The translations under genes and the position numbers were made by a program. Shown one piece after another: positions 36,440-48,400 of a stretch of 64,000 nt of DNA. This stretch comes from Rhizaria sp. SCN 62-66 (taxonomy: Eukaryota), in contig MEDY01000032.1 of NCBI GenBank assembly GCA_001724265.1, forward strand, positions 1 through 64,000. The letters run 5' to 3'. Every line of letters begins with the position of its first letter. Position 1 is the stretch's first letter. Below the pieces are notes generated by a model. It was given only the letters and a program-made list of their open reading frames with translations. It ran no database searches and had not been told where the DNA came from.

Positions 36440-38465
36440 TAACGTGTCGCAACCCCTCTGAAGAAAGCGTGGCTCACCGTGTGCGCAAGGCTGCATGATA
36501 TTACACTGTTGAAAACTGAATTCTACTGTGTAGTGTGCACTATAACCGCAGTAGAGAAATAAGAGATTTGTACGGATGTGTGTTGGGCTGTTAACCTTGA
36601 TTTAAATTATGTCTATGTTGAAAATGTTTTCCTTGTTCGAACCGGGACCGTGCATTGGTTGCTTCTTTTTTTTTTTTATTTCGATGTTGGTGTGCTGTTT
36701 TTGAAACTCCCTCCCTTGCCCTGTGATTATTTTGGCATCGCTCCGCCGACTAATTTATTTTTCTGTTGCTTCAATTGCAACATTCTGCATGTTTTTATTA
36801 TTATTATGTATTTTCATGCTCCTTGTTATCTCCTCTTTTTTTTCTTGATGCGTATCTTCATCAATCTTTATCAACCTCTATGTTTTTGCGCATGTTGATC
36901 ATGTGCGTGTAAACGTACTATCTGATTTGTGTGTTTATCACTAGCGCTACACCGCACACGCACACCCACACGCCGCTCTTTGGTGTTTACGGTAAGCATG
37001 CAATCGTCTGTTTATTTCTCCGCGGTGCAGTTGTGGGTAACTGATGAGTCGCCCACAACGTGTAGCTTGACCGACGATAGACAAGTTTGTGCATGTCGAA
37101 CCGAGCACTGTGTGTGGATGCCTGAGCCTTGATATTTCTATGTACTGACGTCTAAAAGACGCTTGTCTATTTTGATTTGATTGTGCTGTTCTGTTATCTC
37201 GTGTTTTTTTGCGTTTGAAACCGACTCCCCTCGCTTCTGTACGGTTTATCTAGACCGTTGCGCGTGCCACCGCTGAGTGGCCGTGTGCGTAAGTCGCGCG
37301 AGATCTAGCGTGAACACGCGAGCCTTCCGTGTGCTGATGAATGTACTACACCTACTGCGCACAGTACAATCATTCGTCGCTGGCAAATTATTTTTTACTT
37401 GCGACGCGTGGTATGTTGTAACTGGTAAAAATCTGTCTGATCAAGTGATACAGTCTTCTTTTCCTTTCCATATCCTCCGACTATTCAACGTGTAATGTTC
37501 ACTGAGGCCTGAATAGTGTGGATACTCCTCTATGTGACTCAATCCTGGAGCTTTAATGAGCTTAGTATAACTGTAATGGAAACTTCTTCATTCACACATG
37601 AATTCAAGGAATATAACTCGTCGAGTCTTAACAAAACAAGGTTATTTACTAGAAAAAACAAAAACGAATTGGGTGGTAGAAAATTACTTCACTTGGACGT
37701 GTTTCATATCGGTTTTGCATCCGAATAAACGAAAAACTCGGTTGACTGTGTTACACTTGGGCAGAGCACACCCCGAGCTGTTTAACTGCGTTGCATCTCA
37801 TTGACAAAGAACACATTTCTATCAACCAACTCAAACCCGCGCAGCCTCAATCATCCCGGGCGATTGCTTTAACACGATAAACATCTTTCGCCTGTCGGGT
37901 TAGAAGCAACACGTTTGATAAGGTTTCTTGAGCTCCAGCGAGTAAAGTTTGTTCGCCATAACTTGCGGTGACGGAGCAAACTTTTGGTGAAAACTTAAAA
38001 ATAACAACGTTTTATAGGAAATAAAAGATCACTTAAAATCGCATTGAGGAGTGATGATTTCAACACACGTATGCATTATTAGTTTGTAGAGTCAAAAAAC
38101 TGCTGGGATTTTCGTTTGTGGTGGTTCACGGGGGTCGGTGTTGATGCAAACTCCGACGGTCAGTACCGCGATATTTTCTTCGTGAGTTGGACTGTCTGAT
38201 TATCTAGCGCAAATCAAACTCAATTATGTATACTATATTGTATTAATATGCCTTAAATCGCACGTTTAGCTCATTATCCTTCTCTATCTATTCCTGCTTC
38301 ACCGCCTTGCATCAACCTTCCTCCTCCTGACCTGCGTTTAGCAAGTCGTTACTGCACAAAAAACAGCCGGCTTCGTGACGACCGCCGTATCTTGGTTTAT
38401 CACACTCTACCGTCTAATTTCGGCGTATTTGTTGCATAAGGCTCCGCAACCCGCTTCCACCACCG

Positions 38466-40631
38466 ATGTTGACCGCACGTCGTGTCGTGGCCCGAGCCAC
38501 CACGCACTTTCGCGTGCACGTTCTCCCGCGATTGCGCACCGAGCTCCGGCCCGCCCAGCGTGCCTTTTCCTCACATGCGCGCACGATTACCGTCAACGTC
38601 CGCCAGTTTGCCGCTAAACGGCCGTTGTCTTTCGCCCTCGCACTCGCGGTTCCCGCCGCCGCCTTCGCGACAGGCAGCGCCACTGCAACATCATCAACAA
38701 GCGCTTCTGACTCCCACAGCACCACGGCGCCGCCTCCCAGCGCAGCGCGACCCCCGCGCCCCATTGCGCTCGAGGCGCTGGACTCTCTGTTTGCGCTTTC
38801 GATCACCGCGACTCCATACACGACTGGGCGCGTTGCGGGCATCGCGTACGCCGACTTCGACGCCGCGGCCTGCCCCAAGGACTGGAGTCTGTACGAACCC
38901 CCGCCCGCCGCGCCCGGGGTTGCGCCCGCGCCCGCGTCCGCCGTTACGCTCACGCCGCATGGTGCCGCGACTGGCGCCAGTGCCATCAGTGCCGCTGGTG
39001 CCGCTGGCGCTGGTGATGACTCTGGTTCTGGAGCTGGTGCGGTGCGTGTGACGACTCTCTCCGAGCCCACGTCGCTCTGGCTCTCCCGCGGCTCCCCGCT
39101 TCCCCTCTTGCCGCCCACCGAGACCTTAGCAGCGCACTCAACAGCGCATGCGACAGCGCAAGCGACAGCAAATGCGTCTGCGTCAGCGTCGTCGGCAGCA
39201 CCGGCGGCGGCGGGTTTGCCTGGTTTGCCTGAGCCCGACCTGACGCTGGTGTTGTGCCACGGCTTTGGACTCGGCGCGGGCATGTGGGCCTTCAACGCGG
39301 ACGCGCTGGCGAGGCACCCGCGCGTGCGGCGCATTGTTGCGCTCGACTGGCCAGGGATGGGCGCGTCTACGCGCGATCCCGCGGCATATGTCGCCACTAT
39401 TGCCGCCGCCGCCGTCACCGGTGCTACTGCCACTGGGCGATCCGCGCGGAGTGGACCGTTAACGCAGCCTACTAGCGCTGCCAAGACTGCGCCTGAGGAG
39501 AAGTCTCCGGTTGAGATCAGCTACTCTCACGGCTCCAATGCCTCCTCCAGTGTCTCGAGCGCTGGAGAGCTCGATAGACAGGATGTCGTGTCCACGCCCA
39601 CCGTGTCGGACCTCAACGCTGCGACCGCGGTGACGTCAGCGGCTCTCCAGGCCGTTACCACGCTCGAGGCGTCGCTGGCGACTAACACGGCCGCGGTGCC
39701 CACCGCCGCCGCGACTGCAGCAGCGGCGGCCGCCGCCGCCGGCGTCAGCGGGCAGCAGTCTCTGAGGGATCAGAGCGTGCCGCTGCTGCCGCCCGTGCGG
39801 CGCTGGTGGCATTCAGTCCCAACTGTCCCCACCGTATCCACTGTGTCAACGGGCTCTCTGTCCACTGGACCCACTTCTTTCACTGGCCCTGCTGCTCCCA
39901 CTGCGCCCACAGTCTCTGCTGCTATTGCAAACACCCCTTCATCGCCGTCATCAGACTCGGTCACCTCGGCGGTGAGCAGCAGTGGCACTGACAGCGCTTC
40001 CGATACCACTGCTGAGTTCTCGTCGTCTTCACCGCCATCGTCGCGGCTTAGCTTCCTCCCCGCCGCGCTGCGCCCGCTCGCCGCGTCGCTGACCCAGTCC
40101 CCCGCCCTGCGCAACGCGCTCTCCTGGGCCCAGTCAGCATCGGTTCCCGCGTCCGCGGCCTCCGCAGCGTCGGCGGCCGCGTCTGCGGCGTCGGCGGCTG
40201 CTGCGGCGGCGGTGGCAGCCGGCAGCAGCGCGTTGGCGGCGGTGGCACCCGCGTCGTCGTCGCCGGCGCAGGCGGCGCAGTTCTGCACCGACCCCATGGC
40301 GGCAGCGCTGCGGGAGCTTGGCGTGACGCCTGGGCGGTACGTATTGGTTGGCCACTCGCTCGGCGGGTATCTGGCCACGAGGTGGGCCGCGGACGTGCTA
40401 CACAAGGAGGCCGCACTGCAACAGCTGTATCAACCCCAACAACAACATCAGCAGCAGCAGTCTGGTGTGACTGGCAGCGATTCCTCCTCACAGTCCCAGC
40501 TGCAGCCACAGTCGGCGCTGCCCGGCGCTGGGGCGCGCGCGGCCGCGGAGAACTCTGAGATCCAGGCGCTGGTGCTAGTTTCGCCCATCGGCATCGTGCG
40601 CGGCCGCGGGGAGGACGACGAAGAGCGCGCT

Positions 40632-40699
<68 letters not shown>

Positions 40700-43064
40700 T
40701 GGCGGCTCAAGCTGCAAGCCGTGCTTCTCGTCTGTGAGCAAGAGCTCCTCGTCTTCTAATGCAGAGACCGTCACTGGCTCGCAGACAACCGCTACCGTGG
40801 ACTCGAACTCTCAACCCACCGTTGATCCTACAATTGCATCTGCTACACCAACGGCCGCAGCTGCGGACCAGAGTGGAGAGAAGTACAAGTCGCGTGCCCA
40901 AGTCATCGCCGAGATGCCTTTCGGCATCCGCACGCTCGACACGCTCTGGCGGCTTAACTTCACGCCGCAGGCGCTGGCGCGCGCCTTCACGCCGTCTCTG
41001 CCCAAGACCGACGCCGCGGTGGAGGCGGCGAGGTACGTGCCGCCGCTGCCGTCGCCAAACCACATCCTCGCACACTCACTGCTGCAGTCGCAGTCGCCGT
41101 CGCATGCACGGACTGCGTCGGCGGCGTTGCCTGACCGTGCGCGCTCTACTGCGGCCACTGGCACTGACTTGGCTCACGCGGCGACTGTGAGCGGCGGCGG
41201 CGGGCTCAACCACAGGCCGCCGGTGCAGAGCCGCATTACTGTCGCCAGCGACGCCGACTACATTACCACTGCAGCGAGCTTCGAGGGCTCTGCCTCTGGG
41301 TCGACTGCTGCTGCCGCTGGCAGCGGCGGCGTGGCGAGCGGCGGCAGTGCTGCGAGCAGGCGTTTCGCGTCGACGTGGATGACAGGAGTCGCGATGCGCG
41401 TCTTCGGCGAGCGGCACCTGCTCCCGGACTCGGCCCACGCGTTCGACTCCTACTCGCCCGCCGCCGCCGCGGCCGCCGCGGCCGCCGCGCCGCCGTCGGA
41501 GTCGAAGGCAAAGAGTAACGTCAACAGCAGCGCGTCGGACAAGAAGCAGAAACAGCAGCAGAAGCCTGCGTTGCCTCCTGTCGCGACCGCAGCGGCGGAG
41601 TATCTTGCCACAGTCACTCTGAGCCCCGGGCTGGGCGAGTTCGCGCTCAACTCGCTGCTGCACTGCGATTCGCCGTCCCCGCGCTACGCCGCGCTCGAGG
41701 CCACGCTCACCGGCAGTAGCAACCCAAGCGCTAGCCCGAAGGCCAGCGCGGGCAGCAAGACGGCGAGTGGCGCAGCAACCACTTCGTTTGACCCTGCGAC
41801 TGGCATCCTTCGCCCCGCCCCGGCAAGCGACATCGCCAGCGCCGCATATGACGGCACTGCTGCAACTGCTGTACAGAGCGGCGGCGCTTTGACTGCGGAG
41901 CAAGCGCGTACTCTCCTCCGCTCACGGCCCGACTCGCGCACTGTGGCCCTCGACACCGTTGCCGCCGCCGTTACCGCCACCACCAACAACAACGACAGTC
42001 TCACAGCGCAAGGCCCGTTCGCCGGCCGTCGCTTCGTCGCCGGCACCGCGTCCGGCGCCGCCCCGCGCTACGCCGGCGCGATGCGGTTCGGCGACACCAG
42101 CGGCGGCTGGGGCGGCATGGGCGCGCACGGGCTGACCGCGATGGCCCGGGCCAGCGCGCACGGGGAGCTCACCGCGGGCGCGCTGGTGGCGCTGCCAGTG
42201 CACTTCGTGTACGGCCGCGGCGACTGGCTGTACCAGCCGGAGATCCCGCTGATCGTCGCTGAGATGCGGCTGCGGCGCGCATATGACGCGCTCGCGGTCG
42301 CAGCCGCTGCTACTGTTCATGATCCCGCAGATGACTCGGCCAAGAGTAGTATAAGCAGTGCGGCCTCCACTGAGGGCAAGACCGCGGCTGCGACGACTGG
42401 AGCGGCGCATGCACCTGTCCCTACGCCTGTGTCTGTGCCAGCGCCAGCGCCGGTGACGTTGTCGGTGCTGCCCGACGCGGGGCACCACCTGTACACCAAC
42501 AATCCCGACGCGTTCGCCGAGACGCTGCACCACGTGTGCAACTCGATCCCGCTCAACCCGCACGCGTTCGGCCAGCCGCTCTACGCGGGGCGCGACGGCG
42601 ACGGCGATAGTTCCACCGCTGCCAAGGTTAAGAGCTGTGCGAGTGGCGCAACGGCCGCGAGTACAATGAAGCCGCCGGTGACGCTGTCGCTGGCGCAGCA
42701 GGCGCGTGCCTGGGGCGCCAAGGCGCGCGGCAAGGCCACCGCGGTCTGCGCAAATAACAATAACACCAGCAACAACAGCGGTGTGCATAGCGCAACAGCG
42801 ACGCTGCAGCAGATCCAACAGCAGCAACAACAGCAGCATCAGCAGTATCCGCGCAAGTCGAAGTGCGAATACGCGGACCTGTTGCGCGGCAAGGCCGACG
42901 CGCTGCGCGTGCTGAGCGCCAAGATCCTCGGCTCCAAGCGTGCTGCCAGCACGGCCACCGCCAGTGTGAGCGTCGCTGCCGCGAATGCGGCTGCACCTGC
43001 GAAGTCGTCGGGTGATAGAGTCGTCGACGAGCTCGCTGCGCCGCGGCATTCGACGATTATGTGA
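38466..43064 (+). CDS. Alpha/beta hydrolase, ABHD4/ABHD5/Cld1-like lipase, probably mitochondrial (1532 aa)
   Basis: LVLCHGFGLG, VALDWPGMGAS, nucleophile GHSLG (40350-40364), LVLVSPIG, FVYGRGDW (Asp at 42222) and AGHHLY (His at 42483). The Arg-rich, acid-poor N-terminus (MLTARRVVARATTHFR...RAFSS) resembles a mitochondrial presequence. Ends in TGA. Confidence 0.82.
40632..40697 (+). repeat. Perfect (GCC)22 tract within a 24-Ala run
   Basis: Counted directly; flanked by GCT codons. Confidence 0.95.
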
Positions 43065-43668
43065 TCTTTAGACCGTATCTTTTACAATTTTAGCTGATCT
43101 TCTTTTATTTAGCATGGCTAACGAAGGACAACAGAAGTGATGTATATTTTCCGTATGCGCTTTAATTTGGCTTGTGCCTCTTCGCATACATTTCATTTGT
43201 TTTGATCCTCTGATTTCAAGTGACTCATGTTATCTAGTCTACTTACCCAGTAACACTTAGTTTGACGCAATAAACGTGAAATACATCGACATATCGAGAT
43301 AATACAAAGGGATCCTGTTATACGTTATGATGCTAATGTTTAAGAAGTGTATTATCAACCACACGTTACATTCCGTTCAGCTGGAAACTGTACTCCAAAC
43401 AGAACTACATACTACGACACTAATAAAGACAAATATTATGATTAGAACCCACGGCACTCACACATACAGATGAGAAATATACGTACTAGTTCTTACTAGG
43501 TAAAAGAAATGGCCAACAAACCAGCTCAGAATACGTTGTTTCCGCGTTCATGCTTGTTTTGTTCGACCGATGCGTTTCGCAGACAGAGCGAGGAGAGGGA
43601 CACACAATTGCAAGCCGTACTTACACACGATATGATAATTCAAGCCACACCCCTTCAAGGTCGCCCCC

Positions 43669-44772
43669 TTAGAGGTCGTACTGGCGGCGCGTCTTGCCGG
43701 TGGTGTTGTTCTTGGCCCACTCGTACTCGCCCATCTGCTTGTCGAAGGTGCCGTGTTGAAGCCACATGAGCTTCATGGTGAACTGCGGACCAATCTCCTG
43801 GATGCGAGCGCGTACCTTGGCGTCGTTGATGATCATCTCGCCCGAGTACAGCTTCGGCGCGTCGCGCGTGGCGTCGCGGTACTTCTGCGAGCCCTTCTTG
43901 CCGAGCAGCATGCGGCGCTCGACGGCCTTGGCCTTGTCGCGGATGGCTTTCTCCTCGGCCGTCTCGCCCTCGAGCCGCCCGTCGGCGTGGCTGAGGCGCT
44001 CGAACACGTACCGGTGGTGACGGAAGAAGACGTAGTCGCGCTGGTTGTGGAAGGTCATGACGCGGCGGCCGCGGAAGAAGGGCTCGGGGTGGAAGAGCGC
44101 GCCGAGGATGCGGCCAACGCGGAGGCCCATGCGTGTGGTGAAGCGGTTCAGGATGACCTCGGGCTTGGCGACGAAGTTGATGTCGCCGGCGTCGGGGATC
44201 TCGCGGTTGAGCTTGACGTTGGTGAGCTTGAAGTAGCACGTGGGACCTTCGGGCAGGTGCACGACGGTGAGTCCGTTGATCTTCTTGTTGTCCTCGTTGA
44301 AGATGAGCAGGTCTGTAAAGCCGTCGTCGGAGCAGGTCTTGACCATGTCCTTCACCTTGCGGCGGTTGCGCTCGTGGTAGATCGAGTTGGGGAACACGTA
44401 TAGCAGGTCCTTCATGAAGTCCTTGAGGCGCGTCGACGCGCGCAGGCACGACGTGATGCACAGCTTCGGCGTCGCCTCGCCGCGGTAGTAGGAGGCGTAC
44501 TCGTCCATGGCGTCCTCACCAGCGACTTCCTCGTCGCCGAGCTGCACCTCGGTCTCCTCCGCCACGCGCATGCTCTCGATCGTGCGTGGCTTGGCGACAG
44601 GGGGCGCCTCGTCGCCGAGGATCTCGCGCTCGCGGAGGCGCTTCTTGCGCTCGAGAGCCTTGACGGCTTTCTTGACGGCGTCCTGCTTCTCGTGCATCTG
44701 GCGACGCTTCATCGCGTTGCCGATCTTGTTGACGTCCATCGCCAGAAGGCGCTCCTGGGCCTCGGACGGCAT
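43669..44772 (-). CDS. RPF1: Ribosome production factor 1 (Brix domain), 367 aa
   Basis: PRTIESMR, PKLCITS, HLPEGPTCYFKL, PEVILNRFTTRMGLRVGR, RRVMTFHNQRDYVFFRHHRY and IQEIGPQFTMKL...GTFD...GEYEW. Start placed at MPSEAQ, where coding-like composition begins. Ends in TAA. Confidence 0.92.
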   Translation of the reverse strand: MPSEAQERLLAMDVNKIGNAMKRRQMHEKQDAVKKAVKALERKKRLREREILGDEAPPVAKPRTIESMRVAEETEVQLGDEEVAGEDAMDEYASYYRGEATPKLCITSCLRASTRLKDFMKDLLYVFPNSIYHERNRRKVKDMVKTCSDDGFTDLLIFNEDNKKINGLTVVHLPEGPTCYFKLTNVKLNREIPDAGDINFVAKPEVILNRFTTRMGLRVGRILGALFHPEPFFRGRRVMTFHNQRDYVFFRHHRYVFERLSHADGRLEGETAEEKAIRDKAKAVERRMLLGKKGSQKYRDATRDAPKLYSGEMIINDAKVRARIQEIGPQFTMKLMWLQHGTFDKQMGEYEWAKNNTTGKTRRQYDL

Positions 44773-45499
44773 GGGCGGGGTCTGTGGACGGCGGGAGCGG
44801 TGCGGGACAGAGGGGCAAGGAGGGCACAGGAAGGCAATAGGGGGTGGTGGGTTAGAGGCGTAAAGATGTGTGCGAGGAATGTGAGAAACAGATTTAGAAA
44901 GAAAAAAGAGCGATACCACCATGAGAGTCAACAAACAGTGCATGGACGGACAAAAGAAGCCCGAGTTTGATTTGCCGTGACGCATGACGAGAGCTGCCCA
45001 CGGTCACCGACGAGAGCCTCCGTCTGCGGGTCAGAGCCGGTGGCCACAAAAACCGGCGGCAGCTGCTGCGAAGGGCGAGCATCAGCGAGTCCATTTCGAA
45101 CCGGGACCTTAAGGGAGATTGTGTGCCGTATCGCGCTGCCGTTTGGACCTGCATTTTATATATGTGCTATGAACGTAGGGATAAATACCGCTCCATGCAA
45201 TGGCCATCTTGAAACACCGGGTATTCTTGCAACACAAAGGTCTAGAACGTGGGATTGCTGAGATGGCAAGTGCCAAGCTGCATTCGCACGGTCTGTGCCG
45301 CCTCTCCGTGGCATCTCGCAGATTCAGCATATTTTCACTGCCCTCATGTTGATCCTCATCACTCACAAGTTCCACATTTCTCCTTGACGTGTTTTATCAC
45401 GCCTTAGTCCGTTTTTCTCGCTCTCAAACATCCCGTGGTCCGCGACCCACTCCGCTGACCCCGTCACCTCGCGCTCTCACCGCCAGACATCAAGTTGCT

Positions 45500-48400
45500 A
45501 TGGCGTCCCTTCGCGCTGCCGCTCTTTCACACGACGCCCCTAGCGGCGTCACTTCCGACTCTACACAGCCCGCTGCAGCCGCACACTATCCCACGGTGCC
45601 CAAGCTCGTTCCCGACGATGATGACCCAGCCGTGTCTGTCATGTATCATCCAGGCGGTACTTTCAAGTTCAGCAAGTATCTCCATTCCCTCGTCGAAGTT
45701 CGCGTTCCTGCAAAGTTTGTCACTTGCCGCAACCGCGAGCTTGCCACACGCCAAGTCTGGGGCGGTCGCTTCCCTGCCCGGCTGCGCAAACTCTTCCCGA
45801 ACGTCGAGCCCCCCTCTGGCAGTGTCATTTCTCCTGCTCCACTCGCTCCCGGCGCTACCATTCCCGCAGGCCTGATCCCGCTCGCCGCGTCCGCACAGAT
45901 CCCCGCCGGCGAGTCTGCGTCCGCGACAGAGGGCTCGTCGGCGACGGTGGCCGCCGTGAACCCTTTCACGCTGCACACGCCGCCCGCGATCTATTCGCTA
46001 TCCCCCCACCTCTACCACCCGGACTCGGACGCCGTCGCGGTACTGCAGCACGCCACGCACACGCTGCTCCGCGCCGTCCCGCCCTCGACCGTCGGGCTCT
46101 CGGTTATCTTCCGCGTCCTCCCGGCGCCCCCGCCGCTCTCGGCGCTTTCCGTTCTCGCCAAAGACTGCAAGAATAACGCATCTGCGGACGCCGACGACTG
46201 CGAGGAGTACCTGTCAGCCCACTCCTGCGCCGATCCTGAGGACCCTGACGACGTGGCAGGCTTTGCCGTCGACCCCGCGGTGCACGCCGACCAGATCTAC
46301 TACCCGTCTACCGTCGTCGACGGGTACGCCTCCCGCGCCGCGCTTGTCGACTCCGCCCCTCACCATGCCTCCTCGTCGAGCTCCGCCGCCTCTGCCGCTG
46401 CGCTGACGCCGCCCGTCTCCATGTCCGACTCCGCCGCCGCCGCCACCGCGAGCGGCTCCGGGTCCGCCGTCGCGTGCGCTGCTATGGCCGCCGCCCGCTT
46501 GCTGCCGCTGGGCGCGCGGTGCTGCCTGCAACTGGTGCGCACTCAAACGATCGACCGCGGACACATCAATAACCTGTACCGGCGACGCAAGCCGGCCTCG
46601 GCGTCCGCCACCGCCGCGGCCGCCGCTGCCGCAGCCTCCGCCGCCGCCACGGCCGCCGCCAACGCCGCAGCGGGCTCGTTTGCGCTCCCGATCGCCGCCT
46701 CGACAGCCTCCGTCTTCGTCACCGGCGCCGGCACCCCCTCGGGCGCTGTTCCTGCCTCGTCATCGTCCTCATCCTCCGCCGCGGCCGCCGCGGCGGCTGC
46801 CGCCGCTGCGGCCGCTGCTGGCAGCCGCGCGCGCGACGTGCGCCTGGTCCGCATGGCTCCGGGCTCCGCGCGTCCTTACCGGTCTGTGGCGGTCCGTGCC
46901 AAGCGCCGCCTGGTGCCGGGCGCGGCGATCGCGCACGCGCCCGGCGGGCAGGCGTCGCTGGCGTACGCGCTGCCCGCCGTCGCTGACCGCGGCGTCGCGC
47001 CTGGGGAGTGGGCAGCCGCCGCGCTCAGCACGCCGGGGCGGAGTGTCGTGCTGCAGCTGCCCGCCGCCGCGCTCGCCGCCGCCACGGCCGCTGTCGCCGC
47101 CTCTGCTGCTGCCACTGGCGCCGCGGCGGCATCCTCTGCTCCCGCTGCGAGCGCCGCCGCTGCGTCGACGCCGACTGTACCGACTGCGGGCGAGGGCAAG
47201 AAGGGCGCTAAGGGCGGCCGCGGAGGACGCAACGCGACCTCTGGCGCAATCAGCGCCGCCGCCGCGAGCTCCGTTGCTCCCACGGCGCAGGCTCCCGCGG
47301 CGACCGGCGCTGCAGCCGCGATGACCGACGACGCCGACAGCTCTGGCTCGAGCTCGAGCTCTGGTGTTGGTGCCAATACAGATGTGAACAACAGTGGGCG
47401 TGTGACGGTCAGCACTGTGGCCGTTGACCAAAACGCGCGTCTGCTGTCCGACATCGCTGAGACCACGCGCTACCACAACACCAACAGTAGCAACATCATC
47501 ATCAGCAGCAGTACTGGCACCGCCGCTGCAACGAGCGCGACCGCGACCGCAAGCGTGAGCAGCTACGACGACGAGTGGGCTTACATCGAGATCACCCTCG
47601 ACGCCGCCGCCACCGCCGCCGCGACGGCGACCGCGGCTGCCGTCGTGCTTTCGTCCGCGGCCGCGAGTCCCGTCGCGAGCTCCGCCACGACCACGGCCAC
47701 GTCGCTGTCGGCCGTCTCGGCCGTCTCGGCGCTGGACGGGCTGAGTGAGAGCGAGCATCAGACTGCCGTGACCGCTGCCATGCCGCGCTACCTCGTCGCA
47801 CCGGTGCGTCCTGCGTCGCTGCCGCTGCCGCTGCCCTTCGCGGCAACCGCGTCGTCGTCGTCGTCCGCCGCCGACGCCGCCAACGCCGAGGCATCGCCGA
47901 CCGCTAGCGCTCTTAGTGCTGCAACTGTGTTTGACGCCGGTTTCGTGTCTGCCGCGCGCGTGCCGACTCTGTTCGCGCCCTATACCACCGCAGCCGCCGC
48001 AATGCGTGCGCGCGTTGGCCGCGCCATCGCCAACGCCGCCGCCGCCGCCGCCGCCGCCTCCGCTGCCGCCGCAGCTCCCGCTGCCGCTGCCGCCCCTGCC
48101 GTCACCGCGGCCGCGCCGGCCCCGGGTTCCGCGAGCAAGAAGGCGCCCGCCAAGGGCCGCCGTGGGTCCGCCGGCGCCGGCAAGAGCGGCGTCGTCGAGG
48201 CCGAGGAAGCCCCCACCACGCCCAGCGCTGCCGCCGGCGCGGGCGTCATCACTGCGAGCGCCCCCGGGCCGTGTCCGTTTGACGTCGCCGAGGCTGTAAC
48301 CGTGAGCGCACTCCTGGCCTCACAGCGCAACAACACCAATGCTGCTACTGCTCCTGCTGCTGCCGCAGCGAGTGGTGCGACGCTGAAGTTCGACTGTCCC